A stretch of 62,157 nt of DNA, the filler included. It is 11 parts of 11 records of this genome, joined end to end, with 100 filler letters (N's around TTAATTAATTAA, not from the genome) between each part and the next. Parts side by side here need not be neighbours in the genome. Positions count along the whole stretch, not along the records: positions 33,880 to 38,341 come from SRR7504441_8874; positions 38,442 to 42,715 come from SRR7504441_8876; positions 42,816 to 46,308 come from SRR7504441_8877; 8 more parts are not named here. One strand, written 5' to 3'. Of the stretch, positions 34,093-46,408 are shown one piece after another. Under the pieces are notes generated by a model. It made no database searches. It had not been told where the DNA came from and saw only the letters and a list, made by a program, of their open reading frames with translations. Made by a program: the position numbers and the translations under genes. Within the stretch, counting starts at the first letter, position 1, and every line of letters begins with the position of its first letter.

Positions 34093-37000
34093 CTAGCTTG
34101 CGACGTTACTTTCAGTGGCAGTGTTTGCAAAGCACCATGGCCCATCGTCAATCCTCCGCCTCCTTCGCCTCCGTTGATGAGTATGAATTGAGCATTCGTT
34201 GTGACAGCCATTGCCTTCGAAGTGCTGTCCGTCACACTCTCTTGCCCCCCAAGGATTTTGGTTAAAGTTTGTTTCCAACTTCTCTTGCTCTGTAGATTTT
34301 GTTGAGAGATAGATTGATGATGTCTTGTCCCCAATGTGCTTCCCGAAGTGCTTCGATGTGGCACTCAGAATCTTTCCGTTGTATTTGTCCCCATTATTCC
34401 ATCTAAACGTCCTCCAATCATCGAGATCCAGCACAACGTAGCAACCACCTTTATGAGGATCCATGAAAAATGCGGCTTTGCAAGGTATGTCTGGACGGTT
34501 TCGCTGCAGTCCAGCAGCGCTGATTTTGTCATTAAGGTTAATGTCATGCCAGTTGCCACTGCTGTCTTGCACCCTTTTGTGCAGGTCGTTTATGTCGATC
34601 ATCTGGGTTGCACCACTTTGCTTCACAGTGTATTCAATTGAGAGCCCAGGATTGCAGTTGCCGCCAATGTCGTCGGCAAAAACGGTCAGTGTGCACGCAC
34701 CAATGTCTTTCATCTCCTGCTCAGCCGATTCAAGTGAATGCAGGTCGCTATCTAGCCTTGAATCCAAGTCTTGAGTTTCTGTCTCCTGCTCAGCGGACTT
34801 TCTGTCAGCGTCAGACGATGCTGAATTGACAGTGTTCCTTACTTTTACCTCCTCTACTTTCACAACATTGTCTACAAGGTGCCTCAGATCTGCTTCGTCA
34901 CACAGGGTGCCCCACTGGCCACTCTTGAAGCAGCACAAGATCAAATAAATTGAGGAAGGGAAGACCAAATGCATTAGGGATTACTCCAGACATTGCAAAC
35001 TTGAACCCCAGGAGTGACACTGCGGCCATCTGCTTGTAGTACAGTTCTCCGTGGAAATCAACAGCTGAATCCTTTATGTTTACCATCAATTCAGCCTTAG
35101 CTCCAAGTCGACTTTAAAATGAAGCTTCTCTGTGAATTTGTCGAGCCATGTCATAGGTTCTGTAATGACTGACTCAGCGACATCTAATGCTGTTGAGAAA
35201 GAGTCATCATTGACGGCTTGCTTGAGCCCGTCTATGGCCAGCGGCACCAACCGGATGAAATCAATGTCATAAGAAAGCTTCCCATCTTTCACTCCAAACG
35301 ATATGACCGGCTGCAGAGAAGATGCTGGCAGCTGAGCTATTCCGGTGCTCCCAGACGGGTATGGTGCGATCGAGCAAGTGATCTGTGTCTGTCCTGAGCT
35401 GGAACCAGATGCGGCCGACTTGCTGGAGCTTTCCTTGGATTTAGCTTTTTTCGTGTCTTCTATCAGCACCGTCGTCTCTTTGACCGGCTTACCAGCATGA
35501 AACTCGATGTATTTCTCACCAAATAAGGCATTTTGGGAGCCCTTGTCTGAAGCAGCAAAGAGGCTGAACCCTGGTTGTATAGTAGTAGGCGGAGACACGT
35601 CTGTGATCTTAAACACCTGACTAGATATCCCAATGAAGAAGAAGCAATTGGCAACTTGTGACAGTGGGTAGTCTGGGTTGTTCTCATAGCACTCAGATTG
35701 CACTGGCTGGAGTTGCAAGTTCAAGTTGGGTGGTATTTTGTCGGCTGTAGAGCTACCAATGATCACCTTGACCACTTTCTTGAGATCAACAGCCGCCACT
35801 TTGGCATAAAAGGCAAATGCTCCAGTTCCCTGAGTGCCTGTTGCCGTGGCTTTAGGCTTAGTTCCTTCTTCAAGAACAGCGACAAGCATTTCAGCCTCTG
35901 CAGGGTCTCTCTCGTATGCGAGGTGCACTTCGGCAAGCAAGTTGTTGTCATTTGCAGTGACAGATTTGCAGTGCAGAGACTCGCCAATACAGACTACTCC
36001 CTGTCCATGAATCGACTGGACTGAGCCATCAACCAGTGTAGCATCAACTTGCAATGGGGAGCTCTCCGAACCTCCAATGTGTAAGTAACTGAGACCCAAA
36101 ACCTCGGTCAGCATTCCCAGCATCTTGCCCTTCAACTGTAATACAAGTCCATCTCGACTTTTGACAGCCTTTGCCTCAATTAGCAGCTCGAGAATAGTGT
36201 CAGAGCCAACCACCTAAACAACAAAACGCTCAGGAAAGAGCTTCCCTTAGCACGAGTGCTCACTAGGTGTGCCTCCGTTTCAAGCTCAATTTCAACGACG
36301 GTATGTGTCAGATGCAATGAAATGGATCCTGCCTCAAGACTGAATGCGTCCTTGATCAACTCCATTGGCTGCACAACAAGGGTGGCGTCGAGTTCCAGCA
36401 CACCTCTGCTCAGCTCAACCTGAACCAGCCCTGCAGCAACCTCGCCCTGTCCAAAATCAATCCTGGCCATTGTTTCAATGCGTGCTGAGTTGCATTTCTT
36501 AGTCTTCATATTGGCACTTACCATGAGCCCCAGCGGCTCGATGGACAAGAATGAATTGATGCTAAGTGCTTCGCTGGTGCTTGCTAAAACTGAGATCTCG
36601 TCCTCTTTATCGTCATAAGCCACACGTACTTGAAGTTCAAATCTGGCATCTGCAATGTTGAAGCTCACAGGAATGAGCAAGCTGTGAATTTTGACTTCAA
36701 ATTCGGCTATTGGTGGCTCAGTTTGGGCGTTCAGCTGCGTCAGCGAGGGAGCGTTGGTCACTTGCACTTTCAGCAAGCTCAGCGGTTTGCTCAGCAGGTC
36801 GGTGAACAACGGAAGCTCCGTCGCTTGGCACAGCTTGTGGAGCCAGCCCGGATCGTTGTTGCGCCCATGGTGAGTCTTTCCGCACCAGTCAACGAGCGCA
36901 GTGTAGAGATCCGATTCTTCGCCCCCAGTTTGGACCAGCGAGACCGGGCGCCGCCGACCCGCCGCAGCCTCCTCTGGCCACTCCCCCGAAGGGTCATCAA

Positions 37001-37259
37001 CCGGCCGGACTTGATCGCTAAGCGCGGTACCACCGGCCAGCAGCTCCTCGGTAGGCGTTTGGCCCTCTTCGTCGAGTCGGCCATCGGCCACCTTCGGCGT
37101 TGCGTAGGTTTGCTCTGGCCATACGTTCGCGGCCGGTAGCTCGGGCGATAGCGCTGGCGACTCGGGGATGATCACATCCTCGACAGCCGAGCCCTCGGGC
37201 ACGGCCAGGCCCCCGAGGGCGACGCCAATGAATACCGCCAGCGCGCGCCAGCCAACCAT
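34093..37259 (-). CDS. Large secreted hypothetical protein, beta-rich, with a beta/gamma-crystallin-like segment near the C-terminus; about 3 introns
   Basis: Signal peptide MVGWRALAVFIGVALGGLA; four collinear long ORFs separated by short intron-like gaps. The last junction is ambiguous. Confidence 0.6.
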
Positions 37260-37397
37260 GGTGCCTCCGATCTTCGGCAGTTGGACAGTCAGCTCGCGGC
37301 CGCAAAAGACTACTGCAGGGGCTCGTAGACTTTGTCGTTTCCGGAGCCGGCAACAGAATACAACGATCTCACCGCCGTGTGGCGGCTAGTTGTCTCT

Positions 37398-38341
37398 ATG
37401 CCGACGTGTGTGCCGGAGGCGATCGTCCGGCGGGTCTCGGCGACTGGCGCACCCCCGGGCGCGGGGCCCTCGGTTCGCGCCGTGGGGCTGGTGATGAGCC
37501 TGCTGGTGGGAGCCGTCTTCTACATGTATACGTTGGACACGACCACCTGGATGCAGCACGACACCGCCGACGACGAGCGGGTCTACTACTGGGGGCCGGC
37601 CGACGCCGAGTTCAACTGGTGCGAGCCGGACTACAGGCTGATACGCACGGTGGCCGAGCCGGTCAACACGGCCACTGGGCTGGTGTTCCTCATCACACCG
37701 TTGCTAGCCGGTTGGATGCACAGCAGCCTGCCGCTCTCCAGATCCAGCCGGCGCTCGCTCGGGTTGACTGCATTGGTGGGTGTTGGGACTTTGCTCTTCC
37801 ACGGAACCCTCCGTTACTGGGGGCAACTGCTAGATGAGCTGCCAATCTATTATCTGATCCTCAACAACGCGCACGCCCAGTACTATCGCTGGGGCGGCGA
37901 TGCCGCGCTGCTAGTCTACGGCTGGGCCGCTGCGCTGACTGTGGCGCTGATCGGGTCGCACCAGGACCAAAAGTCTCTGTTTCACCAGACGATGCGTGCC
38001 ACCCTCACCGCCACCTTTGGGATAACGCTCATCTACCTGTTCTACGCCATCCCAACGGCTCTAACGGAAATGCAAACACGCGTCGCCAAGCTGCGCGGCG
38101 GTGCGGACGCCGTAGCGGCAGCCCGGAGGCTCTTTACTGCCGGATTTGGCTTTTTTGCGCTGGCACTGGTTTGCTGGCTAAGCGACAATGCTCTCTGCGG
38201 GGTCATCGGCAATTTGTGGCTGCACTCAATTTGGCATTGCTTCGCGGCGGTCGCTATCTATCTGCTGGTGACGGCGCAGGAGGTATTGCACCAGGAAAAA
38301 CTACCCCCCAGAGGCAAGCGGATGCCCGCGGTGCGATGGAT
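37398..38341 (+). CDS. Alkaline ceramidase (CREST superfamily); 3'-truncated
   Basis: YWGP....NWCEPDY; AEPVNT; GVGTLLFHGTLRYWGQLLDELP; LHSIWH. Confidence 0.92.
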
Positions 38342-39039
38342 NNNNNNNNNNNNNNNNNNNNNNNNNNNNNNNNNNNNNNNNNNNNTTAATTAATTAANNN
38401 NNNNNNNNNNNNNNNNNNNNNNNNNNNNNNNNNNNNNNNNNATAGCACTATGCTAACTATACTCCAATATTCAAACGCACGGGAGTGGCTAACAGTATGC
38501 CGACGTGCCGAGGCTCGAGGGCCCTCGCGGCCCTCGTGAAATCCGCTAGGGAAGGAGATTGCAGCGTGAGAAAGCAAGTCAAATGTATCCAGGTGTGCCA
38601 GGTAAAACGGCACAGAACAAGAGTTTGCCCTCAAGCTGAGCTAGAGTTTACAGAGAAAGGTCAGCCTCCACGGTGCAAAGTGCCCTTGGTCGACGTTGGC
38701 TTACAGTCAGGAGCATGCTTTCCTGAGCTATGTGAAGGTCGATATGGTTCGTTGGCGTGTCTCGATGCAGCAAAAATGGAATGAAGCTCAATTAATTAAT
38801 CGGGCATCCTTGGGGAAAATCAGGGGTGAGGTGAGCAAGCTCCCATAGCTAGCTCGTCATGCGCTGAGCTAAACAAACCTAAAACAAACGCTAAACAATT
38901 AAATCAGTACGCATACATGTGCACATCCACACATCCTGATGTGCATGTAAACCTTATGCGTTGGAGTGTGATTATATTTATTGTTAACTTAAGAGTCCAG
39001 TGGGTCAGCCCCATCACAGAACCTAACTATGAACATTTT

Positions 39040-40050
39040 TCATTGGTCAATGCTAGTGATTGGTGTATTCTCGTCTAGGATATCCAGCAATTCGTGATAC
39101 AAATACCCAGCCGCGCCATTCGCAAACGTCCACACCAGCACCCCCGCTCCTGGGATCGCAAGCAGCGGCAGCAGCGGCAGCCCGAATCCGATCAGCTCCC
39201 ACCTGCACTGCTGCCGCAACCTCCGGATCTGCTCCCTGCTCGCCCTGGCTGTGTACGGGTAGAGCAACTCCATTGCGAGCAGCCCAGCCGCCCCCAGCAG
39301 ATTGAGTGCTAGCAGCAGCCACTCCTGTGCCCCGGGGTGGGCCGCGCAGCAGCCTGCCCCGATCACTGCCACCGCCAGTCCCAGTTGGCTCCACCAGCGG
39401 TAAGAGAGCAGCAGCACAGCCCAGGACGGCCCGAGCCTCCGCGCAGCCGGCAGCCACCAGGCGATCATCCCGCCGGCCAGCATCGCCATCAGGTACACCA
39501 CCGCCAACGGCAGCCGCGAGCCCCGCCGGATCCGCTCCGCCACCCCGCCCCCGGCCAGCCCGAGCACGGCCGGCACTGCGACCAGCCCGGTCCAGGGGAA
39601 CCACCAGGCCAACTGGCAGAGTCCGAGCACGAGCAGTCGCCGCCCGGTGCTGCTCGCCGCCCGCCACACCCGGGCCGCCAGCGATGCCTCCGGCCGGGCC
39701 GCCAGCCCAGATCTGTCCCCGCAGTGGCCAAGCACCGCGAAGAAGGGAGTGTCCAACTCTAGCAGCAGCCGGAGCCCGAGGAGAGCCAGCACCGACAGCC
39801 AGCAGAACAGCCCGTAGGCCACCGCCGGGGCGCTCAGGCTGTCGGAGGGCGGCACGCGGGCGGCCCACATGCCCAGCCGGACCAACGTCACTAGATTGAT
39901 CCCAACGATAACGAGGACCAGGTAAACCAGCATTGCCCAGCCCAGCCGGCTCCGGTGCAACTGCCGCACGACGGGCGATCGGGCCGCCACCAGCAGCCCC
40001 ACCAGGCACACACCCACCCCGCGAACCAGAGCCCTGACCGCCGCAGCCAT
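39040..40050 (-). CDS. EI24/CysZ-like multi-pass membrane protein
   Basis: Several hydrophobic helices; LAMELLYPY...RWELIGFGLPLLPLLAIPGAG. Confidence 0.55.
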   Translation of the reverse strand: MAAAVRALVRGVGVCLVGLLVAARSPVVRQLHRSRLGWAMLVYLVLVIVGINLVTLVRLGMWAARVPPSDSLSAPAVAYGLFCWLSVLALLGLRLLLELDTPFFAVLGHCGDRSGLAARPEASLAARVWRAASSTGRRLLVLGLCQLAWWFPWTGLVAVPAVLGLAGGGVAERIRRGSRLPLAVVYLMAMLAGGMIAWWLPAARRLGPSWAVLLLSYRWWSQLGLAVAVIGAGCCAAHPGAQEWLLLALNLLGAAGLLAMELLYPYTARASREQIRRLRQQCRWELIGFGLPLLPLLAIPGAGVLVWTFANGAAGYLYHELLDILDENTPITSIDQ

Positions 40051-40084
40051 GTGGCACAATAACGGAAAACGCGGAGGCTCGGGG

Positions 40085-40816
40085 ATGGCAACCACGACGG
40101 TGCTGGTTTTGGTCCGTCATGGCGACCGATGGGACTTCGCCGAGCCGGGCTGGCGGGACCAGATCGCCGGGGTTCCGGGCGGGAGCCTGGTGGACCCGCC
40201 ACTCTCGCCGCTGGGCCACAGGCAGGCCGCCGAGACCGCCGGACACCTGGCGGGCCTCGGGCACGTCTTCGACCAGCTCCTGGTGTCGCCATACCTGCGG
40301 ACCATCCAGACCGCTCTCCCGGCCGCCCATCTGCTAAAGCTCCCGATCAAGATAGAACCGGGGCTGGCCGAGAGCCACCACGCGCCCTCCGGAGTGCCGG
40401 GGCCCGAGGAGCGGTTCCGGTACTTCCCGGAGGTTAGTCTGGAACACCAGCCGCTCCACCTGCCGGGGATAGACGAGACCCACAAGCACACCGGCCAGCC
40501 GTGCGAGGGCTGGCCGTTGGGATACTTTGGCCGGATCCGGGCGGTGGCCCAGAAGCTGGCTGACCAGTGCAAGGGCCAGCGCGTGCTCTGCTTCAGCCAC
40601 GCGGCCTCGCTCGCGCTGGTAGCGGCGCTGCTCGATCTGCCGATATCCCAGGTCGGCCGGTTCGCGCCGTGCGGTGTGTTCGAGCTGCGGCGGGTGGGCG
40701 AGGGGCCGTGGGAGCTTGTGAGTGGAGGTGAGTCGACCGAGCACCTGACTGAGACCAGCCCAACCACCTTCCCATGGACGTTCAACGAGCAAGACCAAGC
40801 CGCCTGGTCCGGCTGA
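40085..40816 (+). CDS. Histidine phosphatase (phosphoglycerate mutase-like)
   Basis: LVRHGDR; PLSPLGHRQA; SPYLRTIQTA; EPGLAE; FSHAA. Confidence 0.92.
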   Translation: MATTTVLVLVRHGDRWDFAEPGWRDQIAGVPGGSLVDPPLSPLGHRQAAETAGHLAGLGHVFDQLLVSPYLRTIQTALPAAHLLKLPIKIEPGLAESHHAPSGVPGPEERFRYFPEVSLEHQPLHLPGIDETHKHTGQPCEGWPLGYFGRIRAVAQKLADQCKGQRVLCFSHAASLALVAALLDLPISQVGRFAPCGVFELRRVGEGPWELVSGGESTEHLTETSPTTFPWTFNEQDQAAWSG

Positions 40817-40932
40817 CCTAACAGCGCATTTAATCAATTAACTTGCAATGCATGTGCTCGATTGTGTCGATAGTGGAAGTATCATAACTTTGTATTGTAA
40901 CCGTATTATTTTGATGACAGCGTTGCGGTGGG

Positions 40933-41525
40933 TCAGCTGTAGAATTCGCGCTGCATCGTGCCCCGGGTCTGCTTGCCGCGCTCGCCCGCCTGCAGCTTGG
41001 CCACGCTGAACAGATCCACCGCCGGCCGCCGCCGCTGTCCCCGGCCGGTGGGCCGCCCGTCCCGGGATCCGCTCACCTGGTGGAATCGGTCGCCCACAGC
41101 CTGCCCGCTCGCCCCCCGCGCCGGGAGCGAATCGACCGCGAACGCTGCGGCCGCCTTGTTCCTCTCGCCTGCCACTTGGTTGGGCCACTGCACCCCCCGC
41201 CCGCGCTGGCCGCTCCCGAAACCCTCCTGCCGGGCCGGCTGGCTCACCGGGCGGGGCTCCTCTGTCGGGACCAGGCTCAGCCGCCTGTCGGGGACGGGGG
41301 CGCCTGAGGGCAGCGGCGGGATCCGGCTGAACAGCGGCGAGGCAGGGGGGCCCGCCCCGAAGTTGGCGCCCTGGAAGTGGTCGGGCGGGGGCGCCGGCTC
41401 CTGGGCTGGGATAGGCCGGCGGGGCGGGGCGCAGTCACCCCCCGCAGGAAGACCGGCGGCTTGAACGTGTCGGACGGGAGCACAGTCCGTCTCGGCCCCA
41501 TCGTCCTCTTGGAGCTTCCCTTCAT
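40933..41525 (-). CDS. Hypothetical small intron-containing protein
   Basis: Coding-like ORF pieces between an ATG at 41525 and a stop before an AT-rich spacer; no recognisable motif. Confidence 0.4.
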
Positions 41526-41602
41526 TTGTGCAATCGTCCGTTACAACGGCAAAAACGGCGGTTGCCTGCTGGGCGACAGTCAGCTGACAGTGGAGGAGGA
41601 CG

Positions 41603-42715
41603 ATGAATAAGCTGATTCACCGTCGGGAGGGCGACGCCACGCTGCAGGTGCGGATCCTGCACGCGGCCAAGCTTCCCGAGAGCGACTCGGACGGGCCGTA
41701 CGTCAAGTTCCGCTGGCGGGGAGAGAAGATCAAGACCGCGGTGGTGGAGGAGATAGTCAACCCCGTCTGGAACGCCTCCTTTCTGATCGGAGTGGCCCCC
41801 GACGAGTTCGAGACGGTGCTGGCGTTCAAGGTGTGGGAGAAGAACTCCGGCTGGTTCAACGAGCGGCTCGGCGAGGAGGACGTTTCGTTCAGCGGACTGG
41901 CCCGTGGCTCGCCCAAGCTCGAGACGCACACCCTGATCGACAAGGAGGGCAAGCGGGCCGAGGGCAAGCTAACGGTCGAGCTGACGGCGCTGGACTTTGG
42001 GCGCGAGTGGGACGAGATGACTGAGGCCGAGAAGGCGGCCGCTGTGGAGGCGATGGGCACAGAGAATAGAGCCGCTGTGATGGCCTCAATGCTGCCCGAG
42101 GACGCCCAGGCGCTGGCCGCCATGTGGCCCCAGCAGACGGCGAACATGCTGTCGGGCATGTCGCCGGAGGAGAGGGCAGCGGCGCTGGCGGCAATGTCGC
42201 CCGAGGACAGGGCCGCAGTCCTGGCGGCAATGTCACCGGAAGTCAGAGCAGCCACGCTGGTAGCAATGTCACCTGAAGATAGGGCTGCAGCGCTGGCGGC
42301 GATGTCGGCCGAGGAGAGGGCTGCCACACTGGCTGCCATGTCGCCTGAGGACAGAGCAGCCGCCTTGGCGACGATGAGTCAGGAGGACAGAGCAGCGGCG
42401 CTGGCTGCGATGTCACCGGAAGCCAGGGCAGCCACGCTGGCAGCAATGTCCCCAGAGGAGAGAGCAGCGGCACTGGCTGCCATGTCACCCGAGCAAAGGG
42501 CGGCCGCCCAGGCGATGATGCTTGCTGCAATGTCCCCAGAAGACAGAGCAGCAGCGATGGCAGCAATGTCCCCCGAGGAGAGGGCAGCCGCGCTGGCGGC
42601 GATGTCGCCCGAGCAAAGGGCAGCGGCGCTGGCTGCCATGTCGCCGGAGCAACGCGCAGCTGCCTTGGCTGCGATGAGTGCCGAGGACCGGTTGGCAGCG
42701 CTGGCTGCGATGTCC
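41603..42715 (+). CDS. C2-domain protein with tandem 12-aa AAMSPEERAAAL repeats; 3'-truncated
   Basis: LQVRILHAAKLP, PYVKF, NPVWNASF, FKVWE, GKLTVEL; 36-nt repeat array running into the contig break. Confidence 0.85.
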
Positions 42716-42959
42716 NNNNNNNNNNNNNNNNNNNNNNNNNNNNNNNNNNNNNNNNNNNNTTAATTAATTAANNNNNNNNNNNNNNNNNNNNNNNNNNNNN
42801 NNNNNNNNNNNNNNNCTCATCGCGGCGGGTTTAGCGACCCGGGTGCGGGTGCGGGGTGGCCCACTTGGGCTAGGGCTAGCGCCTGATGCGACCCTACAAG
42901 TTTATTTCAATTCCGACACCGATTCTCGAAACCTAATCAGAGGATCACCGAGTAGTATT

Positions 42960-44026
42960 CTAAAAGAACAGGTAGCCGTTCCAATATGAAAAGATCGAGC
43001 GATCGATCCGGCTGTCGTTCCCACCGCACGAGCATTTGTTGCAGACGAAGCCGTATATATTACCCCCATCTACGCTACCCATCCCGAAGTGCAGCACCTT
43101 TCGGTCGATCCGGTCCAGTGAGGCCTCGCAACACGCGGGCCCACCGGTCGCCCCGGCCCAAAAGTCGAGGGGCGCGTTGCAGTTGGCAGCCATGCAGACG
43201 CCGTTGCATTCCGCGATGTGGAATATGATGTCCTAACCCCACTGTTAGACACCGCAACGTGCAGCTGTCTCACCGCCTGAGCCACACAGTGGCCGCCAGC
43301 CGGTTGAAATGGCCCAGCCCAGCCGGCAATTGCCATACCCACATTCAGCGGGAGCCGGTTTTGGTGGTAGCCGCACGCCAAGTCGGCGACCACCACATCA
43401 CGGTCTGTGTGTGCAGCTTGACTGGGTCCGTTACAGATCTTGCTCGCAATGTGGTTGTGGTTCAGGCCTCTTGTGGCGGTCGAGGCGGGCGTGAGCATGG
43501 CGAGGACGTCACCACACTGCCCACCGCGCCCGTCGGATTTCTGCCCGCCGCTCAGTGTCCCCATCGGATGCTAGCCAAGCACCCGCTGGTACAAGGACCA
43601 GATCGGCAGCGGGTTATCGTTCTGCTCGTCGACGTGGCCACGGCCCGGCGGGGTGAATATATTCACCGGCACTGGTGGCATGAGCCACCGGGCCGTCACG
43701 GCCAGCACGAGCCCGGACGCCAGCACCGAGAGCGGCTCGTGATCCAGCCAGAGGATCAGCACCAGCCCGACGGCGGCCAAGGCGAAGAGAGTGAACACGA
43801 AGCACCGCGGCCACTCGCGCAGATGCGGGTGCAGAGCCGCTTTGTCCTCGCCGAAGGGGGCCACTCCCACGGGACCGCCGAAGTAGTAACCCACCCACGC
43901 GGACCAGACGCGGTGGCCCGTGCTCCGGAGCTGGTCTGTATCGGACAGCAGAGAGAGGTCGCCACCGCAGCCGAAGGTGTGGCCAGGGTACAGCAGTCCG
44001 AGCACCGCGCCCGGAGCCGCCGCCAT
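42960..44026 (-). CDS. Hypothetical membrane protein with Cys-rich C-terminus (model uncertain)
   Basis: Two hydrophobic helices in the 43571-44026 ORF; downstream pieces separated by intron-like intervals. Confidence 0.4.
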
Positions 44027-44163
44027 GCCGCCCGCGGGTAGTAGCCACAGCTACTGGTCCCCGGGGGACGTCTGTCCCCGGGGGAGACCATGCCGTTAGA
44101 TTGAACCCCGCCTGCGAGCTGGGCACGGCCTTAGCAGGGGCAGGCGACCAGCATCGCCGACTA

Positions 44164-46155
44164 ATGGCGGTCCGGGCGACAATCGGGCTGGAGCTCCACG
44201 CCCAGGTACGGCAGCGGGGCTGCCAGCCACGAGCGGACCAGCAGATCCTCTCTCGATCCAAGCTGTTCTCTCACGCCGGCTGCGCCCCGCTCTCGGCCCC
44301 ACCCAACAGCTCAGTGGCGCTGCTCGACGCCGGTGCCGGCGCCCGGCGCCCGGGGCCGACCCAGCTCGCAGGGCTGCCCGGAGCACTCCCAGTGCTCAAC
44401 CGGCACTGTGTGGCCCAAGGTCAGCTGCCCGGCTGTGCCCACCTTGACGCTCCACAGGCGTCCGCACCGCCCTGGCTCTGTCCGCCACCGTTCACCTGCG
44501 GTCTCTGTTCGAGCGAAAGCACTATTTCTATTGCGACATGCCGCTGGTGCCCCACCGTATCCCCCGTCCGGCGATTGGCCCCGGCCCAGGGGTTTCAAAT
44601 CACGCAGCAGCGGTCGCCGATCGCCACAGACGGCGTACTCCAGTGCCCGCTACCCGACGGCGGCACCAAGCAGGCGACCGACCGGCCGAGCGGCGGTGAG
44701 CTGGCCAGGGCAGGTGCGGATCGCTAGGATCCAGCTGGAGCAAGACTCTGGCAAGACCGTGCACGAGCCCGCATGCACGCTCGTCGATCTGAATAGAGCA
44801 GGCACGCCGCTAATGGAAATCGTCTCGGAGCCAGACATCAGCTCGGCCGAAGAGGCACCGCCGGGGGCCGCGGCTGGCCGACCGGCGTGCAGGCATGCAG
44901 CTTTGTGCGGTCGGCTCAGTCGGTGTTGAGAGCGATAGAGAGTTGCGACGGGAACATGGAGGATGGTTCACTAAGGCGGCCGCATATGTCAACTGGGATC
45001 CCGAGCCAAGGGCAGGTGCGACGTGAACGTGTCTGTGGAAGTGGGCCAGCTAGGCGGCGCCCGTTGCGAAATCAAGAACCTGAACAGCCTGCGCAGCATA
45101 GCTCGGGCGATCGAGTTTGAAATAGAGAGACAGCATAGGCTGTTGGTCGATCAGGGCAAAGTCCCGCAACAGACCCGCCGATTTGATGTGCGCACTGGCA
45201 GCACGGTGCCCGCTGGCTGGACAGGACCGAGCCCGGGCAGGTGCTGATGCGCTCTAAGGAGAGTCATGTGGACTATAGGATGCTTCCGGATCCGGACTTG
45301 CCACCCCTGGAGATAGAGCAAGATTGGGTCGATAACCTGGTCCTCTCGCCCAACCTCAGCCCGGCTGACACGGCGAAACAGGCCGCAGAGCTGCCCGAGC
45401 TGCCTTGGGATACGCTGGAGCGGATGACGAGCCAGTACCGGCTGCCACACGAAGGAAGCTCCGTGCTGATCTCACAGCGGGTTAAGTCACCCGAGCTCTG
45501 GGCTGCTGATCGGGCCGCAGGGCGGTGTGCAGTACTTCGAGGCGGTTGTGGCGGCCGGGCCCGATCTGGAGGCCAAGCAGGCAGCTGGCTGGGCGGGCTG
45601 GTCGAGTGGTGGCAGGTGCTCAACTGGGTCACAAACGAGCTTGCGGGCCAGCTTAATAAGACCAATGCCAGCCTGCGACAGTCGCCGGTCGGGCCAGAGG
45701 CGCTGGGCCAGCTCCTGCAGCTGGTCAACACAGGGTGAGCAGCCCTGGCTCGCTGGCGGCGAGTGGGCGGCCAGGGTCTTGTCTAACAGCGCAGCCAAGT
45801 CGGTGCTCGAAGAGATGTTGACAGGTGGTTGATGATTGGCCCAGCCGGAGCTCTGGTGGCAGGCCCGACAGGCGAATCGGCCGAGCAGGTAGCAGAGCGG
45901 ATGGGCGTGCGCCAGATGCAGGACTCGGACCAGCTCAGGGCGCTCTGTGAGCAGGTGGTCGCCGGGCTTGGCCGGTCGGAGAGGTGGCAGGTGGTGGCTG
46001 ATAACCCGGCCGAGACCGCTGAGGTGCTTGCTGGTCGGACTCGGCGGATGAAACACCTTGTGGGCCAACTGATGAAGCTGAGCAAAGGCAAGGCCGATCC
46101 CAAGCAAGGGTCTGCACTGATTATGGAGCTAATCACCTCGAAAAATAAAGAATAA
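44164..46155 (+). CDS. gatB: Glu/Asp-tRNA amidotransferase subunit B (organellar GatB/PET112); 13 introns, start uncertain
   Basis: [86 protein letters not shown]...[23 protein letters not shown]. Confidence 0.95.
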
Positions 46156-46408
46156 TTAAGGTATGTCCGATACATGTAACTGGACTTCCGTTGACAGCGA
46201 TGTCAGAACCGAGCAAGAGTACGAGTATCAACAACGTTAACAACCGCCGGAGCCCGGGAGATAGGGACGGGAGTGGGAGGCATACCGCTGAGGTCACTGC
46301 CCCCCCCCNNNNNNNNNNNNNNNNNNNNNNNNNNNNNNNNNNNNNNNNNNNNTTAATTAATTAANNNNNNNNNNNNNNNNNNNNNNNNNNNNNNNNNNNN
46401 NNNNNNNN

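Noticed and set aside
42150-42715. 36-nt periodic array resembling CRISPR
   Set aside because: In-frame coding repeat without unique spacers, and no cas genes are present.
404-46155. Frameshifted genes read as pseudogenes, programmed frameshifts or an alternative genetic code
   Set aside because: Nearly every break checked is resolved by a short GT/GC-AG intron, and TAA, TAG and TGA all serve as normal stops.
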